Below are positions 35,376 to 48,214 of a stretch of 64,000 nt of DNA, piece after piece. The notes beneath the pieces were generated by a model. That model searched no databases. It saw only the letters and a list, made by a program, of their open reading frames with translations, and was not told the origin of the DNA. The position numbers were made by a program, and so were the translations under genes. Position 1 is the first letter of the stretch. Each line of letters starts with the position of its first letter. Source of the DNA: Cyanophora paradoxa CCMP329 (lineage: Eukaryota > Plantae > Glaucophyta); NCBI GenBank assembly GCA_004431415.1, contig QPMI01000188.1:62001-126000 (forward strand), written 5' to 3'.

Positions 35376-36297
35376 CCCGATTGATCGGGTTTTACGGTTA
35401 ATTCTGTTCAATCCTCTCCAGCGGCCGGCAGCGCTCTGCGGGCGGCTCCGGCCAGTGGGCAATGATGAGCACATTAATCTGCATCCCAGGGACCTCTACG
35501 ACGCCTTCCCCAAGCGGCGCTCGAAGGGCGAAGCTTCGGTTCGTGTGCAAGCGCGCCTTGCAGCCTCGACTCTAAGACGCGAGCCGGCGGCGCAGATGGG
35601 GTTCTGGAGTTCTCAGGAGCCGTTCGCATCACGCCAACGCCCGTGCCGCGCGAAGCGGGAACGCCGCCGGCCTCGAGCGATCGAGGACGGGGTCGCCGCA
35701 GGCGGAGCGCCAGCAGCTCTCCTGAAGCCGGCTTATCGTCGACCGCAATCGACAAGGACGCGCTGGACGCAGTGACGCGGAGAAAAGCTGGCACGTCGAT
35801 TGAGCAGGGTTTACGGTGAACTCTGCTCAATCCTGTGGAGCGGCTGGCCGCGGCTTGCGGCGGCCTCCGGCGAGTGGGCGACGTTCAGCGCATCGATCTG
35901 CATCCCAGGGACATCTACGACGGCTTCCCCAAGCTGTGGTCCGTGGGTACGGTGCGCGCCTCCCGGGAAGCTCGAGGCGGGCGCCAGCAGCTCGCCGGGA
36001 GGTCGCTTATCGTTGACTGCAGCACTAGACGCATTCAAGCGAGGATGAGCTAGGTGCGGGCCTGCCCCCGCTCTCTGTGCCGGTTTCGGCCAACCTGTGA
36101 TCTTGAGCTCCTCGCCGCAGTGTCTGTCGGCGGCCGCCGCCGCACTGGAGGTGTAGCAGGAGATCTTCTGGTCCACTGGTCCGGCCTCCTGCGGGCCCAA
36201 GATCGGGCGGTGCGCGCGCCGCTGGCGCCGCTCCTAGGCCTGCGGCCGAGAAAGGGCCTGTGGCCGAGGAAGTTGCCGTGCTTACTCGCGCGCAGCA
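35376..36297. repeat. Continuation of the third 2.4-kb repeat unit
   Basis: Matches ~20378-21300. Confidence 0.92.
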
Positions 36298-37100
36298 CCC
36301 CCCTCTGGCTGGCCCAGCACTGTGTAGCGCGGCTGGCGCGAGCCGCGCACCGCTCTCGAGCTTCTGGCACGACCGCTGATCTCGTGGGTTGCTGCTGGCT
36401 AGCCCGCGTCAAGGCCGTGTCTGCCGCCTGCGCGATGGCGTCGACCATTGCTCTGCGTATCGACAAATGCAATGCGAGGGAGGCCGAACGGACCTGTCAA
36501 CTCCCCTCCAACGTAGCGCCCGCGCTTCCGGTGGATGCGGCTCTCAGATCGCACGGCCACATGCATCCGGTGCGTAGCTGCAGCTCGTAGGTCGGTGCCA
36601 GCATGTGGTTGGATTGCAGCTGGTGGGTGGTCCGACGGTCTGGTAATCCGCCACGGTCGAAGCCAATGCGAACCAACTGCAGCGCCATTGCATGTCCCCC
36701 ACTGGTGCCGCTGCTGATGGTTGGAGCTGGCTATGTGGAGCCTGCAGCTGACGTGGGTCATGCGGGGCCTAAGGTTGACTCAGTAAGCAACTGCCACCGA
36801 TAGGCAGCACTACTACTACCCCCGTCCAGCATCGCGGGATCTTCACGTTTCAAGCCCGAAGCTTTCGCACTGCGGCACTTGAACAGAAACTAGTAGATCG
36901 AGTCTGCAGAGTTTGAGTTTGGTGCGCCCGCTCGCGCCTGCTGGTGCGGCGCTATCGAGTGGCCTTCGTCCCACTGGCCGAGCGGTTGTCTGGTGCAGGC
37001 CGCTCGCTTCAACCGAGGCACGCGCTCGCGAGCGCTTCGGACTCGCCGGACCGTCGCGGGCAGCCGCGGATCGCGCGGCGCGGCTGGCGCGAGCCGCGCG

Positions 37101-38270
37101 ATGGCGGCCGGCGGGGAGCGCATCCCGCTGATGCGCGTCCTGCTCCTGACGCTGGAGTGCGCCGATCCCCTGTTCAGGCACGCGCCCCGCCGCCCTCCCG
37201 CCCGACCGCCGCGCCGCTGACGTCCGGCGAACGCGCAGCGGTGCGAGCGTGCAGCCGCTGCGCCGGGAGGTGGCCTAGATCCTCCACGTTGCAAGCATAG
37301 ATCTGCGCGCGCTCGCCGCCGCGCCGCGCCGCTGAGGGCGGGGCGGGGGCGGGCAGGGAACGGGCAGTACTCGCGGATCATCTGCTCGACGCTCAACGCG
37401 GCCGGCAGCGCCGTGCTGCTCGTCTGCGGCCGCCCAAAGGCGTCGCCCGAGCGCTTCCCCTTCCCCCACGACCGCGCCCTCTTCCAGGGCATCACGGCGC
37501 GCCCTGCCCGCCCGCCCGCCCGCCCGCCCGGCGCCCCCGCCGCGCCCGCGCTCACGCCTCACCCGCTGAACGGCAGGTGCCGGTGGCGCGCTGGTTCAAG
37601 CACGACCGCGGGTGCGCGCACGAGGAGTACTGCGCCGGCGTCGAGGCGGCCGGCGAGGCCATCGCCGCCTTCGGCCCCGACGCCGTCGTCGGTCCGCCCG
37701 CTCCCCAAGTCCTTCTGATCTGATCTGATCTGAGCTTTCGGGTCAGCGGTGGACTGGGTGGGGAGCCTGGCCCACCGCCGCATCTGGCACCTCATCCCCA
37801 GCGTGCCCGTCGTCTGGCTCAACTTCCGTGCGCCCCTGTACCCCCCAGTGGCGAGCCCCTGCCGCCCGCTGACCCTGTACCCCCCCAAGGCGTCTTCCAC
37901 ACGAGCCACAACATACCGCCCGAGGACATCCCCTTCTACCAGTGCGGCCGATCCCCCCTCCTTGTCTTTGGCTGTACCCCCCGCCCCCGCGTCCGACGGA
38001 CCCGGGGACAGGGAAGCGGAGGCGGTGGCGTGCCGAGCGGCATCGCACGCGGTGGCCCTCTGCAGGCGCGCGCGGCCCGCCCCCGCCTTCCCCGCCCCGC
38101 CCCGCCCGGCCGCCGCCCCGCCGCCCCCTCACAGGCCGCAGGATGGACGCGACGGTCCTTGAGAGCAACGCCGCCGGGCCGGCACCGTTCGCGTGCGCCC
38201 CTTCACGACTCTGTAGCTCGAGTCTCCCTAATGCGTTTACTGGACCAAAGAAAGCCAGTGGTGCTGCTCA
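37101..38270 (+). pseudogene. 5'-only truncated duplicate of the GT4 glycosyltransferase gene
   Basis: 36895-38270 is a diverged copy of 40250-41650; homology stops at a GC minisatellite. Confidence 0.75.
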
Positions 38271-38289
38271 CGTGGGCGCGCGGGAGCGA

Positions 38290-38560
38290 GCGGCGAGCGG
38301 CGGCGCGCCTCGCCGGGCGGGGCGGAGCCTCGGAGGCGCGGCGGGCCGGGCCCGGGGCGGAGGCGCGGCTGGCGGGCGGAGGCGCGACGGGCGGCGGCGC
38401 GGCTCGCCGTGCGCGGCGGAGGCGCGGCGGGCGGCGGCGCGGCTCGCCGTGCAGGGCGGAGGCGCAGCGGGCGGCGGCGCGGCTCGCCGGGCGGGGCGGC
38501 GAAGCCTTGAAGCGGGCGGCGGCGCGGCTCGCGGGGCGGGGAGGAGGCACGGCCGGAGGC
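38290..38560. repeat. GC-rich minisatellite (~39-bp unit ggcggcgcggctcgccgtgc...)
   Basis: Imperfect tandem units visible. Confidence 0.7.
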
Positions 38561-39039
38561 CTAGGCGCGGGGCGGTAACCCTCCACGCCGGCACCGTAAA
38601 GGCCAGCCACTTGTATCCCTGGATTCATCTAGATCTGGCGATCTACGATCGAACAGTGTGCGGCACGCCGTGAAAGCCCTTGAAAGCGCATGTACCCCCC
38701 TCGAGGAATAGTCAGAGCCGCCTCGCTGCCCTCGAGGTCGCTCCGGATCCGGCCGTGCATGACGTCTTTTCTTCGGTTCAGAATTGTCTAGAACTGTGTT
38801 TCCCTATCACGCCGCAGCCAACATGATCATCAGCCCCAGCACGAGATAGAGAGCGACCTGCCCCTGCCATGAGAGGGTGGGCGACGGGCTCGCGCACGGC
38901 GGCTCCGCCGGCGAGGGGCTTGGCACGGGGCTCCGGCCCTGCAGCGACAATCAGAGGCTCGCGTCCAGAACATCGGAGAACACAGAGGATCTAAATAGAC
39001 CAGAAGGGCCTCGGCGGCATGCGCGTCCTCCCCCGCCTT

Positions 39040-39460
39040 GTCCTCAAGCAGCTCCCCCTTCGGCTTCTGCGCAGGGGCTCGTCATCGAAACGCCGGAGCT
39101 CGAGGCCTGACGCAAGCTTAAACAGGGGCGGCCGGCCTCGATCTGCACCTTCAACGCTTCGAGCAACTGCTCCGCTCGGCTCAATTCCAGCTCGAGGGCC
39201 TGCGATCCGAGTTCAGAGCCTGCGGCCGCGTGCGGCGCCGCGCAGAAGCGGCCCACAGGCCGCAGCCAGGCCCAGCGGGGCGCACACCTGCTTCTCCAAC
39301 GCCGCCTGCTGCTTCGTCTGGGTCACCTGGAGCTCGAGGGCCTGCGTTCAAGGTCGGGGGAGTCAGCGCGGGACACCGGGATGCGAAGCCCATACTTGTA
39401 GCTGTGGAATCATAGAGGCGACCGACCTGGATTCGGGTATGATGCACGCAAGCCTGTTCA
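39040..39460 (-). CDS. Possible small spliced coiled-coil gene fragment
   Basis: Exon-like ALELQVTQTKQQAALEKQ and ALELELSRAEQLLEALKVQIE bounded by splice-like sites. Confidence 0.3.
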
Positions 39461-40439
39461 ACCCCGCGCATGTCAGAGATCGCCGCAGAACAGGCTGGAC
39501 CAAACCAAAGCGCACAAGTACGACGATAATGACGGAAAGAAAGAAGATCGTTCTGTCGACGGGTAGCCCGCACCAGCCCCGCATTTGATCCGGGGCCTGT
39601 GAGCGCGGAGCGACGTGAGCGCGGCATATGCGTCCGGCCAAAGTGGCGAGGCCCGACCGCCTGGCCCCTAGCATCCGCTTGAGGAATGGTCTGGACGGAG
39701 ACGCGCTGCGCACGTGCAAGCTGCGCGTTAGCGTGTGGTCAGGAAGACACACGACGTCGACGTCCGCACCGGCATTGGAGACGAATTCGACGCAGAGAGG
39801 CCGGAGGAGTCGTAATTTCGCTGGGATTCTGCGCACAACAGGTCTCGTAACCACTCGGAACAACGTTACGCGTCCATGGCCAAAGCGACGGCGACAGGCC
39901 GCAAGAACGACGCGCTATGCGCACGCAAGCGAACGAGAACGCGATCTTCTTAACGCGAGCTTCTTAACGCTATCGCGCACTACGCGCGGTCGGCAGAAAA
40001 CTCGGGCAGGGTTTAGGGAGCGCGAGAAGAGGGAGCAGAGCAGCGGGCGAGCTGACCGCCAGAGGGGGCGCTGCGCAGAGACTCAGAAGCTGCTCCCAGC
40101 CTCCCGCAAGCGCTGGGCGGTTCCCGTTGCGTTGCCTGGGTGCGCGGGTCAGCAAGTTGTACCCGGCGCGGGACGAAGCCGCCTCGAAGCATCGAAGACG
40201 AAGGAACTTGCGGGATCAACGACATTCGGCCTGTCGTATTGGACCCGAGAGATCGAGTCTGCAGAGTTTGAGATCGGTGCGCCCGCTCGCGCCTTCGCCG
40301 CTGCGCCTTCGCCTGGCCGAGCGGTGGTCCGGCGCAGGCCGCTCGCTTCTACCGCGGCACGCGCTAGCGAGCGCTTCGGACTCGCCGGACCGTCGCGGGC
40401 GGCCGCGGATCGCGCGGCGCGGCTGGCTCGAACCGCGCG

Positions 40440-43400
40440 ATGGCGGCCGGCGGGGAGCGCATCCCGCTGATGCGCGTCCTGCTCCTGACGCTGGAGTGCG
40501 CCGATCCCCTGTTCAGGCACGCGCCCCGCCGCCCTCCCGCTCAACCGCCGCGCCGCTGACGCCCGCCTGACGCGCAGCGGTGCGAGCGCCCAGCCGCTGC
40601 GCCCGGATGTGGCGTAGACCTTCCACGTTGCAAGCATAGATCTGCGCGCGCTCGCCGCCGCGCCGCGCCGCGCCGCTGAGGGCGGGGCGGGGGCGGGCAG
40701 GGAACGGGCAGTACTCGCGGATCATCTGCTCGACGCTCAACGCGGCCGGCAGCGCCGTGCTGCTCGTCTGCGGCCGCCCGAAGGCCTCGCCGGAGCGCTT
40801 CCCCTTCCCCCACGACCGCACCCTCTTCCAGGGCGTCACGGCGCGCCCCGGCCCGCCCGCCCGCCCGCCCCGGCCCGCCCGCCCGGCGGCCCGCCCGCCC
40901 GTCCGCCGCCCCCGCAGAACCGCCGCGCGCCGCCGCGCAGGTTCCGGTGCCGCGCTGGTTCAAGCACGACCGTGGGTGCGCGCACGAAGAGTACTGCGCC
41001 GGCGTCGAGGCGGCCGGCGAGGCCATCACTGCCTTCGGCCCGGATGTCGTCGTCGGTCCGCCCGCTCCCGAAGTCCTTTTGATCTGATCTGATCTGAGCT
41101 TTCGGGGCAGCGGTGGACTGGGTGGGGAGCCTGGCCCACCGCCGCATCTGGCACCTCATCCCCAGCGTGCCCGTCGTCTGGCTCAACTTCCGTGCGCCCC
41201 TGTACCCCCCAGTGGCGAGCCCCTGCCGCCCGCTGACCCTGTACCCCCCCAAGGCGTCTTCCACACGAGCCACAACATACCGCCCGAGGACATCCCCTTC
41301 TACCAGTGCGGCCGATCCCCCCTCCTTGTCTTTGGCTGTACCCCCGCATCCGCGTCCGACGGACCGGGGGCAGGGAAGCGGAGGCGGTGGCGTGCCGAGC
41401 GGCGTCCCACGCGGTGGCCCTCTGCAGGCGCGCGGCGCCCGCCCCCGCCTTCACCGCCCCGCCCCGTCCCGCCCCGCCCCGCCCCGTCCCGCCGCCCCGC
41501 CCCTCCGCCGCCCCCTCACAGGCCGCAGGATGGATGCGACGGCCCTCGCGAGCAACGCCGGTACCGTGCGCCCCTCTACGGCTCTGCAGCTCTGCAGCTC
41601 GGTCCCCACTGACGTCTTTGCCGGACCAGAGCAACCTGGTGGTGCTGCTGCCCCCGATCCCGGCGTGGTGTGAGGCAAAAGCGCGCGCCTGGCGGCCCCC
41701 GCCGCCGCCCCCGGCCCCGCCGGTGCCGGCCCCGCCGCCGCCGCCTGCGGCTCCGCGGCCGGGCGAGGATGGGGGGGCGGAGGAGGACCGTCTGGAGGGG
41801 GACGCGCCCCCCGGGGCGGGCGAGGGGGTACCGCAGCTACCGCCGGACCGGCCCTACCTCCTCTGCTGCGTCCGGCGCAGCCCTGAGAAGAACGTTCGTT
41901 CGCCCCATCCATTACAGAACTACATAGAGGAAGGAGGCGCCGGCGGCCTCCAGAAATCCTGCACGCCCTCCTTCTTCGCTTCGATCCTTACTGGGCCGGG
42001 CCCAGGTCGACTTCTTCGTTCGCCTGTGCCAGCGCGCCTCGGCGCTCCTCGACTCGCTCGGCGTCGTACCCCTCCTCTGCGGCGCCACCGCGGCGCGCCC
42101 CTCTCCCCCTCTCGCCCGCCCTTGCCCCGCGCAGAGGCAGAGGCTGAGGCTGCGCTGCGCTGCGCGCAGGACGAGTCGTACGACGCGGGGCTGCGGGGGG
42201 GTCTCCTCGCCGCCTGCCGCCGCGCCGAGGCGCGCCGCCGCCCGCCCCGCCCCGCCCCGCCTCATGCCCGCCTGATCGTTGAGCCCTTGATCGCGCCTCA
42301 GATCCGGGGCTCCCTCAGCCACGACGAGCTCATGGACGTCTACAGCAAGTCCGTATCCCCCGTCCTCCTCCGTCTCCCGTCTCCAGAGCCTAAGAGCGCC
42401 CGGCCCGGCGGGCAGGACGCTGCTGAACGTGCACACGGCTCTCTACGAGCCCTACGGCCTCACCATCGTCGAGGCGGCCGCCTTCGGCGCCCCCTCCCTC
42501 ATCCACCGCGGCGGCCAGGCGAGGCCCGGGGCCTGGGCCGCCCAGCTCCGCTCGGCTCAGCTGAGTTCTGAGCGGGCCGGGCGGGGCGGGGCGGGGCGCA
42601 GGTGGGGGCGACGGACCTGCTGCGGCCGGGCCCCGCCTCGGGGTGGGGCGAGGGCGCCGCCGATGCCGTGCGCTCTCCTCCCCTCCCTCTCCCCCCTCCC
42701 TCCCCCGTCCGCCCGCCCGCCTCAAACCCCTTCTCCCCCGCAGGAGGAGGAGGAGGAAGGGTTCGAGACGGACATGGCGGACCTGGAGACCTGCGCGCAG
42801 GTGCGCCGCTGCCGCGCTGCCGCTGCTGCTGGGCGCCCTCGGGCGAGCGAGAGCAAGCTTAAGCAAGCACGAAAGCTGCTGTGTGACCTAGCGAGCTAGC
42901 GCCCCCACTGAACCCGCCCGCCCGCCAGCCCGCCAGTCCGCCAGCCCGCCTGCCCGCCCCCCTGCCCTATCTAGCTAGCTAGCTAGCTGGCGCCCCCGCC
43001 GAACCCGCTGCGCCTGCCTGCCAGCGAGCCGGCCCGCCCGCGCGCCTCCCTGCCCACCTGGGGGCGTGCGTGCGCGCGGGACCTTGTGGCCGCCGAGCTG
43101 GGTCGCTACTAGTTAAGAGCTAGAAGAACCTAGAAGGTAGTTTGTTAGTGGGGGCTAGAAGGTAGTTAGTTAGTTAGTGGGGGCTAGAAGGTAGTTAGTT
43201 AGTTAGTGGGGGCTAGTAACGAGCCCTCGCAACTCTTAGCTCTAGCTCTTGACAAGTAACTCGCGCAGGACCTGGTCGCCCTCCTCGCCGACCCCCCGCG
43301 CATCGCCGCCGCCGGTCCGTACGCGTCCGGATCCGCCCGACGCCCCCGCCCGAGCGGCAGCGGCTCCGACGCATGCATGCATACATACATGCACCGCCTT

Positions 43401-43550
43401 CCTACATACATACATCGCCCTCTTCTTGACCTTGGCTTGTTGGTGCCTGACGCCTCCGCTCACATCAGGGGCGCGGGCGCGGGAGCGGGCGCTGAGCTAC
43501 ACCGAGCGGGAGAACGGGGCGCGCCTCCTCGCCATCCTCCAGGCCTCCGC
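40440..43550 (+). CDS. Glycosyltransferase family 4 (GT-B) protein, multi-exon; 3' end approximate
   Basis: N-terminal MRVLLLTLE..GNGQYSR; VRRSPEKN; GT4 signature EPYGLTIVEAAAFGAP at ~42447. Confidence 0.82.
43130..43217. repeat. 29-bp tandem repeat x3 (ctagaaggtagttagttagttagtggggg) in an intron
   Basis: Directly visible. Confidence 0.85.
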
Positions 43551-43819
43551 CGTCCGCCCCGCCCCGCCCCGCCCCGCCCCCTCCAATATTTTAAAAGGCT
43601 ATACGGCCCGGCTAAGCCCGACCCGCCCCGCCCCGCCCCGCCCCGCCCCGCCCCGCCCGCTCCAATATTTTTGGAGGCTAAGCGGCCCGGCTAAGCCCGT
43701 CCCGCCCCTTCTCGCCCCGCCCTGCGCCCTCCGCCGCCTTTGAGCGGGCCGCCTTCGTTCGTTCGCAGAGGGGCGAGGTCGCGGGGAGGTCATCCCCGCC
43801 CCCGAGGCCCGCCGCCGCC

Positions 43820-44270
43820 GCCGGCGCGGCGCCGGGCGGCCCGGGGAAGTAGCTATAGCTGTCCGGCGCCAGCCGGCGGCCCGGTGCTGCGCCGGGCGGC
43901 CCGGGGAAGTGGTCGTCCCCTTCCGCCCGCGCCCCTTTCTCCGATCCACCCCTCCTTCCGAAGTTCTCTTTCTGGCCCTCGGACCAGCGCCGGCGCCGCC
44001 CATTCTCTGACGGGCTCTTTACCCAACGCCCCCGCCCTGTCCGGTGCGGCGCCGGGCGGCCGGGGTAAGTAGCTGTAGCTGTCCGGCGCCCGCCGGGTCG
44101 CCCCACCCCTTCCTCCTGGCTCCCCCACCTCCACCCCGGACCCCTTTCTTCCTTGGCCCCCACCCCCTGCCCGCCGCTGGCGCCGACAGCGCTAGCGGCG
44201 CCGGCGCCGGTGCGGCGCCGGGCGGCCCGGAGAAGTAGCTATAGCTGTCCGGCGCCCGCCGGCGCCCCAC
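43820..44270. repeat. Dispersed ~45-bp repeats ggcgccgggcggcccggggaagtagctatagctgtccggcgcc
   Basis: Copies near 43828, 43890 (partial), 44048 and 44214. Confidence 0.7.
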
Positions 44271-44570
44271 CCCTTCCTTCCGGCTCCGGCTCCCCCCCCT
44301 CTACCCCGGACCCCTTCCTTCCTTCTCCTTCCGGCCCCCGGCCGGCGCCGTCCCTACCCATGGCCAGACGGCCCCTCTCGCCAACGCCCCCGCCCCATCC
44401 CTGGCCGGACAGAATCCCGCAGACCCTCGTCCTTGCCGGAGCATATAAAATTAGGCTTACACTATTTGAAACTCGCTGCAGGAACCCTATATATAGCTAC
44501 GCTGTACAGCATGCGGGGAGGGCTCGGGCCCGACATGAGCTCGGTGAACCCGTACCCCAGCGCCTCGTGA

Positions 44571-45535
44571 TCACGAGCTCGAGCTCGGGGCGGGATCCGC
44601 CGTGGAAAGCACCGCCCAGACCTCGTTGTGCCTGCGCGTGCGCGCGCACGCCCGGGGCCGGTCAGCTGTCGTGCTGGAGATCGAAGCGCAGTGGGGCCGC
44701 GAGGAGAGGGTACCGGAACCAGAACTTGAAGGGCGGATCGTACTGCGCGAGGACGGTCTTTGGGCTGGGTACCGCGACTCGGTCCCGTCCTAGGGCCTCG
44801 AGCAGCTCGGACGCCTGGTCGTCCCAGCTGCCCTCTGTCGCCCAGCCGCCGAAGCTCCGAACCGCCACCCGCGCGGCCGGCACCTCGCGAATGTATACCT
44901 GCGCCGCGCGCGTGCACGCGTGGGCTTCCATGGCTAGCGCGGCCGAGGAGAGGCGGGCATCGAATTCGAACCTTTTCCGGATTCGTCGGCGCGGGCACAG
45001 CCTTCGTGGACTTGTAGCGCGAGGCAGCCAAGTAGAAGCAGTTGTCGAAGCCGCCGCTGTCTTTACGCCATCCGATCACTGGCGCCTGCGCAGCGTTTCA
45101 ACGCTTGCGAAAGCGACGGCGCGGCCGCGCGGGGAGCGAACAGTCATGTCCATCGTCTCATGTTTCTCGTTGGCCCCGCGGATGTACGAGAAGAGAGTGC
45201 GGAAGTTGCGCTTGCCAGCGTCGCTCATGCCCTGCGCGAGCGCGCGGTCATCGTCGGCGCCGACTCTGCGAATCCGAGTCCGCACGCGCGCCGCGCCGCC
45301 GGCAAACCTCGTCGTCCGCGTGCGTGCAAATCCAGAGGGACGGATCGTACAGGCGGATCTCATATCCTTCGACGGAGACCTCCACGGCGTAGCGCGGGGT
45401 CTCGGTGGCGTGGCTCGCCTGCGCGGTGGCATCGACCTCAGCGAGCGCGGGGTGGCGTGTGTGGTAGCTCCAAGATGTGCGCACGGCTACGAGGACAGCA
45501 ATAAGGACCAGCGCCAGCGCCGCCGGCGCCTTCAT
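44571..45535 (-). CDS. SOUL haem-binding family protein with N-terminal signal peptide
   Basis: ETPRYAV..YEIRLY, FRTLFSYIRGANE..MDMT|APV, PAPTNP, VAVRSFGGW, AQYDPPF..RHNEVW; ATG 45535, TGA 44571-44573. Confidence 0.92.
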
Positions 45536-46174
45536 TCTTCAGCCGTGAAAGTTCAGGCGCTTCAGCGAGGGGTACGCAGAACAGCCGAGGAGGGCCAGTG
45601 ACTGTGCCGTGAGGGTCGATTCCCTCCATTACAGCGCACGCTTCCGGTGAGCTGGACCCCTTTTCTGGCCGGGGCCGCCCCCTCCCGCCGGCAGAAAACG
45701 CGCGCGTGCACGCCGGCCCTTCTGGGCGGGCAACGTGCCTGGTAGATAGCAGCCCCATAAGAAGAGACGGCAGTCATTCTATTAAAAATAGTTCCGCCCC
45801 GCGCGGCGCTCAGCGACGGCTCTAATTACTAAGCCGCGCCCCTTCCGCAGCGGCGAGCACCTCATCGGAAGACTCGACCCCGACAGGCCGGGAATGGCCC
45901 TCTCGGTGTACCGGCTCTATGACCACAACGCCACTCTCCGCGGTGCGGCCTCCGACGTTGCCGTCGCCCGGACCTCGGAATTCCTCCGCTGTCCTGAGCC
46001 GACGGCGGCGCCCCGGTTCCATTCCGTAAAGGTGTTGACTCCCGCTTCCCTTTTCAGGTGCCAGCCTCGGCGCCAACTGTGCGGGGCATGATGAGATTGT
46101 GCGCAAATACCGGTGCCGAATCCCCTGCTGGTCGCTGACAGCGGGGGCGTACTTTTCAGATCAAGCACAGAACC

Positions 46175-48214
46175 ATGAGCGTGGAGAGCATGTCTTCTGA
46201 CACAAGCCTCGCACCGAGTGTGCCGTCCTCCATGCCGCTGGACGGCAGCGACCGTCCGGTCCGCCTTCCGGACATCGAGGTCCCAGCCTCCCCGAAGCGC
46301 ATCCCCGGTGAGCCCCTCTTTCTCTATCCCTCTTTACCTTTCCGCTGCGCACGCAAGCCGCGCGCGGTCAGTGGGCTGGTCTGACAGCGCGCGGCATGCG
46401 CAGCTGTCCCCTGCAAGGTCCCGCGCGGTCCGAAGGGCGCCGGGAGCGGCAGCGACACGGAGACGGAGTCGGAGTCGGAGGGAGAGGAGAAGCCGACCCT
46501 CTCGGAGCTCTCGCGCCGGAAGCGCGCGCGTGTCAACTACTGCGGTCCGCCCGCTGCCCGGGCGCCCCGCCCCATTCCATTCCGAACCTTTTCGCCCGCG
46601 CAGAGATCGACAACGACGACTTCGTCGAGTCGAACTTTGAGGATGCCCTCTCGCCCGTCTCTTCCCCGCAGGTCCTCCCGCCCGCCCGCCGGCCGCGCGT
46701 CGCGGCCCCGGCCGTGCTGACGTGGGGGCGGCGGCAGGCCGGCGCTCGCTCGCCGTCTGCAAAGTTTGTGGACCGGCGCCACACTGTCCGCTCGCTCGTC
46801 CGTGCCCACCCAGAGTTCAGGCGCAACCGGTGCGGGAGGGCAGACACCTTGTGCTCGTTCGCTCGCCCCCAGGACGCCCGCCTCACCGGCGTCACCTCGC
46901 AGCGCGCGCTACCTTCGCGGCGAGGAGTCCAAGGACGTCCGCACGGTGCGCCCTCCTCCTTCTCTGCGCCCGCGCGGCTGCAGGCCTCCCAGCGCCAACC
47001 ACGCGCTTTCTCTGCGCGAATGCACAGGCGCGCTGGTTCGAGATCGCTCGGGAGATCGGCCTTAGCGCGGCCGAGCTGGGCCCGGTGCACGGGCACCCAG
47101 CGGAGCTCTCCGTCAGCACGTCACCCTCGCTCGTGCCCGGCAGCCCCGAGAGCCTCTCCCCGCCGCCCCTCGCCGACGCGTACGGTGCGCTCTGCTTCAT
47201 GCCGCCCCGCCGCGCTCTCCGGCGCCCCGCTGAGCGCCGCCGGCGTGCAGACGAGGCGTCCTCCGTCGAGTCTCCCCGCTCGCCGGTCCGGCCGGCTCCG
47301 TCCAAGAAGCGGCCGGCCCCGTTCCGCGCCCGCGCCGACGAGGACGAGGACGAGGAAGACGACGAGGGCGCCGCCCCAGTCCCTTCGTCCGTGCGCGGGC
47401 GCCCGCCGGCGGCGGCGGCGGCCCGCTGGGGCCTGTCCTCCCCCACGGCGGCGGCGGCGCGGGCCAAGGGCGCCGCGGCGGCTGCTGCGCCGGTGGCGAA
47501 GCTGGGGCGGCGGGGCAAGGCGGCGCTGTGCGACGCGATCATGCGGCACCCGGACTTCGCCGGCCAGCGCAAGCGCCTCCTGGGAGCCGCCGGCCACGTC
47601 ACGCGCCTCCCGAAGGAGCGCCTCCTCGAGATCGCCAGCGAGCTCGGCGTCGACGTACCCGCCTACGAGGCCGCCCGCCCCCGGCGCCCGCGCCCTCCTC
47701 CCCTGCGACCGCGCCGACTCGCCGGCCCGCGCCTTGAGAAGCCGGCCCGCGGCCCGTGCAGCGGCCCGCCCCGCCCCGCCCTCGGAGGGCGACGAGGAGG
47801 ACGACGAGGCGCGCGCCCGGCCGGCGCCCCGCCCGCCCCGGCCCGTCGCCCTCCCCGCCCGCTTCCGCGCCCGGCTCCGGCGGTGGCCGCCCGAGGCGCG
47901 CGGCCGCTGCCAACGACGCCCTCTCCCTCGTCTCGTTCGCCCTGGCCGACCCGTTCGTCGGCGGCGGCGCCGCCCCGCCGGCGGCGGCGGCGCGCGCCCC
48001 CGCGGGCCCCCTCCGATCCTTCCGCTCCGTGGCTGAGTTCCTCGCCGCTGCGGGCTGCGGGCACCTGGCGCCGCGCTTCGCGGCGCACGGGATCGACGGG
48101 AGCGTCGTGCGGAACCGGCGCTTCACGGAGCTCTTCCTCGTACGGGTCCTCGGCGTCCCCGCAGGCGACGCCATCCGGATCATGGACCTGCGCGACCGAG
48201 CCCGCTTCCTCTGA
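46175..48214 (+). CDS. Multi-exon low-complexity protein with C-terminal SAM-like domain
   Basis: C-terminal SVAEFLAAAGCGHLAPRFAAHGIDGSVV..LGVPAGDAIRI resembles the SAM consensus. Confidence 0.6.
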
